64,000 bases of DNA, taken from the NCBI GenBank assembly GCA_051294375.1, contig CM119266.1, positions 26,106,851 to 26,170,850 on the forward strand. Direction: 5' to 3'. Position numbers and translations under genes: made by a program. The notes under the pieces were generated by a model that saw only the letters and a list, made by a program, of their open reading frames with translations, had not been told where the DNA came from and did not search any database. The DNA comes from Paraspadella gotoi. Taxonomy: Eukaryota > Animalia > Chaetognatha. Positions 14,101 through 23,886 of this stretch are shown here, one piece after another (the stretch's first letter is position 1; each line of letters opens with the position of its first letter).

Positions 14101-17100
14101 AATCCCAATCTGAAATCGTTTCTATTTACTCAGACAGTCCAATCGTGTCAACTTCAATCGAATTGGCAAATGAAGATCAGGCAAACGAGAATGTCCCAAC
14201 TCATTTCACACCGGAAGAATCCCTACAGGATTTGCATTATCTAAATTACTCACCCGTTTTCAGTATTTACTCGGACGAAGACGAATCAAAAATTAATCAA
14301 AATTCTGACGCAACCCTTGAATATAGTCTTTCGGAAAAGAAACGTGCTTTATTGAGTTTCACACCTTATGGTGAGAGTGAAAAGAACCACCCTTTTTTAG
14401 CTATTCCCAAAGAGTCTGACGATGAGAAGAGACATGACACTGCAGCAACGGAATCAGATACACATGGAGAAAATAAAAGACGTCAACGACGAGTAAAACT
14501 GCAACTGCCTGAGATGACAAATCTTTCGTACGTTAGCAATGAAGTCTTAGGCAATGAGGGTCAACCTAAAGAAGGTATAACCGATAAGGAGTCTAATTCG
14601 GGAGATGTCCAAAAGATCGATGATCAGAAACAAATAGGCGGAAGTGAATTGAGTGAACAAAAGGAAGAATTAGAAAGTGAATCGTCTGCCACTCATGACG
14701 ATGAAAACATCTTTTGCCAGTCTGGTGGAAGCGACTATGAGACGGACTATTCTTCTTGCCCTTCTACGATCGGTGATGATGACAATTGCAGTCAGCAATT
14801 CGCCAACCTTCCCGCCGACTACGCGTTCGGTCTCTTCGACGCCAACGAGCAGGTTCCTTCTTTGTCGGGGGATCATTTACAGGACGAGTATTTGCCGCAC
14901 GGCGGGGATTCCACTGAGGCCATGTGTGAAGTGTACAAGGATATCGGAGATCCCTGGAATGATCCATGCGCCGAATGCTGTCCGGACGAATCGACCGAGC
15001 CTGATGAGAGATTAAGCGAAGAGTCGGAAGCTAAAGAAGTCCATGGGTCAACGGAACAATCAACACCGGACTCTGAGGTCACGGTAAACAGCACGGTGCA
15101 GCAAGGCAAAGAAATCGTATTGCATCAAGAAAACGAAGTCAAGAGTGAGCAAGCAACTCGCGAGGCTGAGCCTTCGAAAGTTGCAAGTAACACGAGAGCA
15201 TTGGAGAATCCTCCCGCTCATAATGCGACTTCTCAGCAGGCTGTCGAAGATGACAAAGATGATGTCAACTTTTCAAACAGTTTGAAGTTGAAGAAAGAGA
15301 TGAAGACTCCGGAATTAGAAGCAAATTTTAAAACCCTTTGCCCCGCTAAAGGTCAAACGTTGGCTCAAACCCCTTTTGACACGGTGCTCAAATTGGATCT
15401 TAGCGACAAGCGAAAAAAGTCGTGTTGTCCTCCGCCGCCGCCGAGGCCGCCCCGCCGACCCCACAACGACGACTGCGGTTGCCACCAGCCGTGCCCCGTC
15501 TTTTCCGAGATGGTGCTCGGACCAAGCAAGGAATGCTGCGCGAAATGCATAGAGCCGGAGCCGGCGCCGCCGGTTCAGCCCAAGTGCAAGCCGAATTGTT
15601 GTTCTCAGGAGACGGAGTTGATGGTGGAGTGCTACGGATGCGGCGCGACCGAGGAAGACGCCCTGGCGGCGATCAAACGACACCTCGGCGTCGACGACAG
15701 CGACTGTTGTCGAAACGCCAATGTGGTTTGCCGCGTTCTCCCGCAGAATGGCTGCGACGCAAACAGGAACGCGGCGAAGGGTGAGGATGAAGGGGAAGAG
15801 GAGTCGGGAGGAGAGTCGGAGGAAGAGGAAGTAGCGAAGCAAGAAGTCAAAGATTCGAAGAAAGACGCGATGATGCGAGAGAAGGAAGGTAGAGAGGTAC
15901 ACCGTTCCGGCGCTAAAGTCGACGACCGCGTGGAAGGACCGTCGAGGATACGCGATGCGGAACGCGGAAAAAGCAAGGAAGTAAAAAAGGAAACGGATGG
16001 GAGATGGAGGAGGAGGCCAACGACCTCTCCTCTTCCTCCGAACGAAAACGAGAATCATCAAAGAAAGGATAAGGGACGGAGGTTGGTGATCAGGCGGGGG
16101 ACCGAATTGGCAAAGACGAAAGGAAAACCCAATCAAGTCCTCAACTTGTTCAATAAATTTAAAAATTATTGGGATAAACCGAGCCTCGTCGCGGAGAACA
16201 GCAGCAACAACAACGAGGAGGACGGCGAGAAGGAAGAGGTGATTGAAATCGGGATGCGGTTGGATGGGGGGGGGGCGAGAAGCTACGTGGTTTATGGTCA
16301 GTTAATCACTCTAAGATTAGCTACTAAATATTCAAGGCGAAAATTTATATCAAGGAATTTAAAAAAAAACAAAAAACAGTTTGAGCAAACAATGCCGGAT
16401 GATTTACTTGATTGATTTATTGAATAATTAATTAATTGATAAATAAATTGATTGATTGAATAATTAATTGATTGATTAATAGACTGATTAATTAATTATT
16501 GATTATTTAATTGACTAATTGATTAATTAACTGAATAATTATTTGATTAATTAATACATTTTGCATTTACATTTCATATTGAAAGAAAAATAAGCATAAT
16601 CAATTAGTGAAACCGTTTTTTTTTGTTTTTTCCATTTAAACTCATTTCCACTCGGACGATTCCATCGTCCGAAAAGATTGGGGGGCGGACCGACAGACCG
16701 ACAAAGTATTATAGAGCCGGAATATGCTAAAAATAGATTTTCTTTTCTTTTCCTGCTATAAGAAAATCAAATTGTACAAATAACCGGGCATCTATTTGCA
16801 CAAATTAAAGTCGTCTTCGCCAAACTCCGTGCCCGTTGAAGAGCCCGTGCGTGATTCGACGTCGGCGTCATCTCCGTCCACCGACGCTCCTTCGTCCGCC
16901 GACGCCACTTTGTGCCCCGACGAAACTTGCCCCGTTTCGTCGGTCCCTCCTCTTCCGCTCTCTCAAGCGGGGACACTTACTCTCGATTTTCGCCGGGCTT
17001 CGGCCGGGAGGAGCTTCGTCGAGATTCCTGTACCGCCGGATGTCGTCGTTAGAACCGTCGACGGCAAAGTCGTCTTCGAGCGAAAAGAGAACGAGGGAAG

Positions 17101-17305
17101 AGGAGACGGAGAGGCCGGGGGCGCGGCGGTCACGGAGAGTGCGCCAGAGGGCGCGGAAAGAGAGAGCGACGCGGTTCCGCCGAAGTCCGGAGTCGAGGAG
17201 GCGAGAACGGCAAAGACGACGACCACGTCGTCGAAAGCGACGAAGGCAGAGGAATCGGGAAAATATCGATCGAGAGAGGGATGCCATGGGAGAGCAAGAT
17301 CCGGT

Positions 17306-17388
<83 letters not shown>

Positions 17389-18177
17389 GAGCAATAGACA
17401 ATATTAATTACTCGCGGCTTTAAGCAACCTTGAGGGCAAGATCCGGTGAGAGAGAGAGAGAAAGAGATAGAGAGAGAATTCCTTCTTCGGCTTATTATAC
17501 AATTCATTTATTTGTTTCTCAGCTTCAAAGTCGTGTCCCCGGTCTTCATCAAGGTGTGAGCACCTTCACGACGGAAACAACTCTCATGAAATGAGAACCA
17601 AAGGTCACCTTCGGTTTTTATTAGCAATTACTCCGAATTTTTATCAATTTTCTTTGAATTCACTAGGCGCTGGTAGACACAAATCGCGTTGCATGATGAG
17701 AACAGGCGGCGCCTGGGACTCGGAGAGTCTGAAGCAGATGGGAATTTACGCGACGCCAAGATCCGGCATCGACATCAAAAGAGAAGCCATTGCCAAATTA
17801 TCGCAGAATTACGTGGAAAAGCAGGTGGCGTTAAATAATACGTTGCTTGTTAAACAGCTTGACTATCGTCTTTATTTATTGTTACTTTATTTTTGACAAT
17901 ATCCCCCTCTGGAATGCAGCAAGCTGCTGTCGTACAGGCTGATCAATCGTCCCTCGACGGGGTCGACGAGTTGTTTGCGCAGAGTTCTACCTCTGGCGCC
18001 AGCCTCGCACTGGCCCGACGCTTCGAGCAACTGGCGCTAGCAGCGATGCGCAATGGCGACGCCACCTTGACGGTCCGCCTTTTGCGGGAGGCTATCATTC
18101 ACCATCCGGATCCGAAGGCTTACGTGGAGACGCTCCGCAGCAAGCAGATACCAACGGGTGGAGAGACCAGGCTTTGA
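5164..18177 (+). CDS. Giant repetitive protein: acidic N-terminal region, Cys/Pro/Lys tandem repeats, C-terminal Tom20/TPR-like helical module
   Basis: Approximate exons: 5164-5449, 5541-~5720, ~6040-6174, a giant exon 6254-~16238/16296 (ORFs of 1158 and 1526 aa, interrupted by an N gap and a duplicated frameshifted block), ~16811-17304, 17524-17603, 17667-17824 and 17920-18177. The last four join in phase. The first exons and the link from the giant exon to 16811 are uncertain. Confidence 0.7.
8420..9190 (+). repeat. Coding tandem repeat, ~54-bp (18-aa) then ~66-bp (22-aa) units of PVCEKPK(C)
   Basis: Translation KPVCEKPKCDAKPVCDKP / KSVCEKPKCDTPPVCEKP and similar; synonymous variation between units. 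Confidence 0.9.
9476..12295 (+). repeat. 141-bp (47-aa) coding tandem repeat arrays (9476-10240 and 11655-12295)
   Basis: Unit DTNIYTPCPCGDPIPSCNKQKNNKQPKKETIITPCPCQKTEKSCDLQ; unit starts at 9544 and 9685 give a 141-bp period. N gap at 9518-9542. Confidence 0.9.
9543..13672 (+). repeat. ~2.05-kb near-identical direct duplication (9543-11616 vs ~11655-13672), likely an assembly artefact
   Basis: The copies differ mainly by single-base indels, mostly in the first copy; the second copy is open from 11835. The block sits next to an N gap, and ~40 nt of unrelated sequence (11617-11655) joins the copies. Confidence 0.85.
16410..16555. repeat. Degenerate (ATTG/ATTA)n low-complexity repeat
   Basis: Read directly from the sequence. 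Confidence 0.8.
17305..17476. repeat. (AG)n microsatellite with a short duplicated flank (gcaagatccggtgagagag)
   Basis: The same flank occurs at ~17294 and ~17435. Confidence 0.9.
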
Positions 18178-18854
18178 ACGGCGAACTACTTCATTATTAT
18201 TTTTTTAATGAATTGTTTGATCTAATATAAATTTTAACCTCTCAAATTCTTAGTTTTAATTTATAACACAACCACATAATTTAAAATAAGGATCGACTAC
18301 CAAATAATGAATCCTCGTCCGAGACCAACCAAGGGAGGCTCATTGTTCTTGCTTGCTCGACAACAGCAGCTTTCTAATGGCGCGGCGGCAGCGGCAGCTT
18401 TTTTTTAGGTTTTCATTTATGACGTACAAAAGGAAAAGGCGATAAGCTTGACTAAACACAGCCGAGATTTCAAAACGAAAACTGAAAACAAAACGCGATT
18501 CGTCTTGGAACATTTTCCTATCTGGTACCTTTCCTTTCTCCTGAGCTTACCCGAAATCTCGTCAGACTCCTTTTAATTTTCTCGAATCGTTGTCATGAGA
18601 GTTAAAAACGTTTGAAAGGTGGAGTTAGGAGGGTCTTCTCAATTTAGATTTTCAATTGCGTGACCCAACAGGCTAACAAGTAACTACATCCGTGTTTTTT
18701 AAATATTCGTCAACAAAAAGACAAACAAAAAAATAAAAGAAAGAGAAGAAAACCGAATCGCGTTGGCTAAATTGGGGCAAGGCAGTTGTTTTGAAAAAAA
18801 ATTAACGTAAACTGTGGAATCCAAAAGTAAAGGCCCCATAAAAAAATCGTCATC

Positions 18855-20063
18855 ATGGCTGGGTGTTGCGACAGTTGCGTCAAGTACAGCTTCTTCTTTT
18901 TCAATTTTTTGTTTGCTATTTTGGGTGCCTTCATCTTGGGGGTCGGTATCTGGGCGGCTGTGGACCCGCAGTTTCAGTCGACTGTTGGCAAAGCGTTGAC
19001 GTCCATAGAAGATCTTGACGTTTCGATGCTGAGGCAGGTAAGTTTCGGCGACACTAAGCGCAACTAATTAAAAATAAATTAATTAAAACTAAAGCCACGG
19101 GAAGTGGAAATTCGTCACTGCTTTTCAACACTCGATTGTAGGCGGCTTACTTGATCATCGTTGTCGGCGGAGTACTGATGGTCATCGGATTTTTCGGCTG
19201 CTTGGGCGCCATGCGATCTAGCCAATGCCTACTCGTCGTCTTCTTTGTCCTCCTCCTCCTCGTCCTAGCCCTTTGCGTCGCCGTCATTGTCATCGCATTT
19301 GCCGCACCGCACATCGGGGACGATGTCAGCAAGAAGGTGAAAAGAAAACGAAAACGAGGAAAGATAAATGGAGCTAAAAATGAAACTTGCTCATTTCATA
19401 TTTTCGTCGTGCAGGTCATCTTGAAGCTCATCGACGCCGACGACAAGGACAATCTAGATCTGCTGCAGAAAACGCTTAAATGTTGTGGCGCTGACGGCAG
19501 CAAAGACTACAACGAGAAGAGGAAGCCGGTCCCAGCGTCTTGTACAGGTTTTAATTTAGGAAAACAAGACCAAGGGGACTAAAATCGTGGGGAAACAATT
19601 TTGAGCAAACAACTCCAGATCAAACCCAAACCAAAGGGAGGAAATAAAATAGAAAGGAACCAATGTCATACTCAAAGGAAGCAAAAGGAAAAAGAAGGCA
19701 AAGACAAAGAGGAAAAATATAATGAAAAAAAGAATAGGGTTAAAAAAAGGAGGAAGTATTTAAAGAATAATCTCACAAATATTGATTTGTTGATTTACTA
19801 CAGGACATGAAAACGTTGGATGCGTCCACAAACTACACGATTCTCTCGTGGATTCATTTGAAAATTATCCCTTGGAAGTAAGTTATAAACTCCTTGAAAA
19901 AAAAAGTAATTTAAGACCAAATGTACATATACATTTTGTTTTAATCCAGACTGGTGGAGTCGGCGTTGCGGTCTTGCTTCTTATTCTCATCGGAATGGTA
20001 CTTTCAATGATCATCTGCCGAAGAACAAGAAAAGAAGGAGAAACTAGTGCAAAAATCGTTTGA
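18855..20063 (+). CDS. Tetraspanin
   Basis: Exons 18855-19037, 19142-19336, 19415-19547, 19804-19877 and 19950-20063, all in phase. Four TM segments; KYSFFFFNFLF, GFFGCLGAMRSSQCLL, the large-loop CCG (LQKTLKCCG), VPASC and GC motifs. Confidence 0.95.
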
Positions 20064-20584
20064 TGGAAAATTGATTTGAAAATTTTTAAAATTGGGTACA
20101 CTAGAAGTACATAGTTATAAAAATATTATATAAAATATATTAATTTGAGTATTTATGAAGAGAAAAAATTAGCTTTTGTAAAATTTTTCATCTTTGTTAA
20201 TAAAATCATCAATGATTTGCTTGTCCTTCAAAACACTCATTTACCTATCAGAGCACAAAAACTTGTTTGCACTTCAAAATTGTCATGTTTTCATATATAT
20301 TTGTGACACCAATTGCTTTTTCAATACAATTCCAATACTTGTTTTTCTGAATATTAACTGAATTGGGTAACATTACTATTCGACGTCCGCAACCATCTTT
20401 AGCTACCACCGGTCGGTGCTTTGTTAATCCATTTAATTTTGTTTTCCCTCTTGCGTCAAGTCTCAGTTTGCGAAATAATATACCTTTTTTTGTAATAAAA
20501 ATTTTATAATTTTATAATAAATAATACTTTTTTTATGTTTGAGAAAATGAATTGTTTACGTACGAGTTTTATGAAGAAACAAAA

Positions 20585-20632
20585 ATTTCGGACATGTTTC
20601 ATCTTCAATGTAAGCTTTCATCAGCGCAAAAA
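20585..20632 (-). ncRNA. Minimal type I hammerhead ribozyme (Penelope-like), minus-strand copy
   Basis: Reverse strand reads tttttgcg CTGATGA a agctt acattg aagat GAAA C ATGTC cgaaat. It has the complete core, a palindromic ACATGT stem III and a GUC site; stem II has one mismatch. Confidence 0.7.
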
Positions 20633-20724
20633 CAGATTTGTGAAACAAATATTTTACACTCTTTCTCTCTCTTTTTCTTCAAACTTCAAAATTTGTAAAA
20701 ATATTTGTTTCACAAATCAATTCG

Positions 20725-20775
20725 TTTTTGCGCTGATGAAGGTTTACATTGAAGCCGAAACATGTCAGAAATTTG
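20725..20775 (+). ncRNA. Minimal type I hammerhead ribozyme (Penelope-like), plus-strand copy
   Basis: tttttgcg CTGATGA(20733-20739) a ggttt acattg aagcc GAAA(20757-20760) C ATGTC(20766) agaaat. Stem II has 5 bp; the first pair of stem I is mismatched. Confidence 0.7.
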
Positions 20776-21871
20776 TTTCTTAATAAAACTGAACAAACAA
20801 GGAAAAGAAAGGAAAGGAAAAAATGTTTTTATATTATATTTTTTAAACGGTTAGCAATTGGGTTAAGGTTGGTTAGGGATTAGGGGTGGTTAGGGTTAGG
20901 GGTGGTTAGGGATTTGTAATAATAAGTTTTTCTACTCTTACCAGTGTCCTTTTTTTATTTTTGAGTTTCGAGATTTCTATACGTCGCTCATAGTCATAAA
21001 AAGAGAAAAAGAAATAACCGACCGCAAAATTCCGGTCGGCGAATGTAAAAAGTCAAATTTGGGTAACTTAACTATTTGACGACCGAAACCAACCTTAGCT
21101 GGTTAGGTGGTTTTAATCCATTGAATTTTGTTTACACTAGCATTATTTCAGTTTACGCAGTTATACACACTTTCTACAAGATAATAATTTTTTTTTATTT
21201 CTTCATTTTTCGTGAGTTGAAAAAAAGATATTTTCACATAATAGAATAATAGTTTTAAATTTATTTTAATTATTATTTTTATATTATATTTTTTAAACGA
21301 TTAACAATTGGGTGATTAAAGATTAAGGGTGGTTAAGGATTAAGCGTGGTAAGGGTTAGGGATAGTTAGGGTTTAAAGGTAGTTAAGGGAATTTTTTAAA
21401 TAAAATTTGTAATAAAATTTTTTTTACCATTACCAATATCTTTTTTTTCATTTTTACATAATGAGATTCTTATACGTCATTCATAAGAAACGAAAAAGAA
21501 AACCGACCGCAAAATCCCGGTCGGCAAATGTAAAAATAAGCCCACAATTTTTTAGCCTCACCCACAAAACGTCTGATAAACTCAACTGACTTGCTAAACG
21601 TTTAGATTTATCGACTCATTTAAAAACGAAGGCCAGAAATTCCACATTATGATAATCATAATAGCAGAAATTTTCGTAAAAATTATACAAACCAAATCTT
21701 GTCTATTTACAGAAAAATAATTTTCAACACAAAAGTCGAACAATTGTGGTTGACTAGAGATAATCTGGTCGACTGCAAATCGATTCTAATCCGGAATGCA
21801 TAGTGAAAAAGACACTATTATACAAAAAAGCGATAGGTTAGCGAAGTTGCAATTTGACTAATGCCCGGGGG

Positions 21872-22700
21872 CTAAGAGTTTCTGAGTTGCGCCAGTCTGT
21901 CGCTGAGTTCATCCTGTTGCACGGAAGCGGCGGTGGCGGTACCAATGGTGGTGTCTTGAGCACCCGGCAGTTGGGTGCTTAGATCGATGCCAGCCTCCTC
22001 GGCCATTTGCGACATCAAAGAATCGACCTGCGAGAAAATTCAAAGTAAGAATATTTATGTCCTTATATTAGTCTTATTTCGAGAATTTTTCGACAGAACC
22101 TGTCCTTGAGGCGTTGTCATTGTCGTGGTCGACTGCATGGCATCGTCCATGCATTCTGTTTGAACGTCCAAGTTCTCAAACTGTCTCTCGAAATTGTCCA
22201 TCAATCTAAACGAACAAAAAGTCATTGGCCAATTGCCGTTGACAAAACGAAATAAATTACTACAATGGAGTATAACTAACTTGGAAATTTTTTCAAGATC
22301 CATCGACTGCATTGCAGCCTCCATGCTTTTGACGACTCCCTGCATACTGTTGGTCACTTTGCGAGTGGTTACAGCTTGTTGTACCCGCTGAGATACGGCG
22401 TCGATTCGAGAGGACATTCTTAAATTTAAAAAATTTAACATTAAAAATACATTATTACAAAATCATGCAACCATGATGCGGGCTAAGTTACTTGTAAAAG
22501 TTGAGCGCCTGATTTTTCTGCCTGATGGCATTTTCGGCGTGAATTTTGGCTCCTTCCATGTTCCCCTTCTGAATGGCCTTCTTTAACTTGTTCTTCTCGG
22601 CAGCCTCTTCTTTTTCGCATTTTTTGGCCGCTCGCTCCATTTCTTTGACCGAAAATCTCAGATTGAAGAGATGTTGTTCCATGGACTGTCCCGCACCCAT
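21872..22700 (-). CDS. CHMP1: Charged multivesicular body protein 1 (ESCRT-III, Did2/CHMP1 family)
   Basis: Exons 22700-22492, 22418-22281, 22205-22100 and 22027-21872, in phase. Motifs MEQHLFNLRF, AKIHAENAIRQKNQ, MSSRIDAV and the C-terminal MIM1 DELSDRLAQLR. Confidence 0.96.
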
Positions 22701-23886
22701 CTTATTCCGTTCGTATCAGAATCTGGGAACTTATGTCGATTGGGATATAGCCAATAAATCAAATGAGTCTGAAGGCTTGCAGAAATTTATTACGAGATGA
22801 ATTATAAGCCGAGCTTTTCACGTCACCTTCTAGAATCTCAATTTTGTTGCTGAGTCAATGACGCCTGATCGGAAAAGTGGTAAACAAAAAACAGAGTCTT
22901 TTACCTCCATCTGGATTTAAAATTTAAATTAAATAGAACTAATGAAAACGACTGGCAGAATCCCTTTGGCTTGATCAAAAACAGAAATAGTAGAAATAGC
23001 GGGGGTTTATTTATACATAGCTATTAACAAAAAAGTTTTACAAATAACTAAATAATTTTTAAAGAAAAATTAATATTGACGATGTACATTTGTTTAGTAA
23101 AACTTATTTGGCAAACAAAAGCCATAATTCAAACGTGCGTAAAATGCTGCAATATTTACGAAATGTAAAGTTCAAAAAATAAATTCAATTATATCATATA
23201 GATTGCTCAGATAATTCAAATAGAAAATTTTTATATTATTTCGCGAAAAAAATTAACTCTGGACATGGTTCGCAGAAAACATAATTCTGTACATAAATCC
23301 TATTCTTTATCAGTTTATGGTAAAATAATAAACTTGCAATTAATCTGAATGTCCGTTAAATAAGCTAACTGGTATAAATGAGCACTTAAGAAAATATAAA
23401 ATGAAAAATTAAGATAACTCGCAAAGTATTTGCAAATACAAAACAACTTGAAAAGATGCGGTAGAGTAAATGAGTAAGTGTTTTTGAGATTCCGCGATTC
23501 AAACTCGAAATAGTCAAATCTGATAAATATCTTGACCCTGCGAATTCTAAACGGATGGGGACCGTAAACAAGCTGATATTCATTTTCACCGCTAGTTTTC
23601 CCTAATCTAAAACTGATCTAAAAGCAGAAAAAATGCATACCGTTGGATACGTTAGCAGCAAAGCCGTGATTTCTCAATAATCAATACGCGTTAATCAACT
23701 ACCGATTTAGCTTTACAATATCTAATGATTCCAAATATAATTTTTACAGGAACGTTAAAAAAAGATAAAAGTTAAAAGTAGCTGCAGAAAGATAACAAAA
23801 AATAATCTGATAAAGAGCCAATTACAACGATGTAATCTAAACACGAAAAATGGTATTATTTTCTAGCTCGAGTTTCACTAAATATT

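Larger units (their letters stand above)
20380..21537 (+). mobile_element. Two tandem copies (~20380-21050 and ~21075-21537) of a non-autonomous repeat with a degenerate TTAGGG array and a terminal hairpin
   Basis: Shared blocks: ttaatccatt(t/g)aattttgttt, tttatattatattttttaaacg, a ttaggg-like array, tatacgtc and the hairpin ccgaccgcaaaat(t/c)ccggtcgg. A partial third copy lies at 49600-49765. Confidence 0.8.

Noticed and set aside
16763-16810. Stop-codon reassignment (KIKLYK*PGIYLHKLK)
   Set aside because: An alternative acceptor at 16810 avoids the TAA, and conserved genes here end normally at TAA (VAP), TAG (CHMP1) and TGA (ABI, WDR1).
20860-20912. True telomere or chromosome-fusion scar
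   Set aside because: The units are degenerate, short and embedded in a dispersed repeat found three times in the window.
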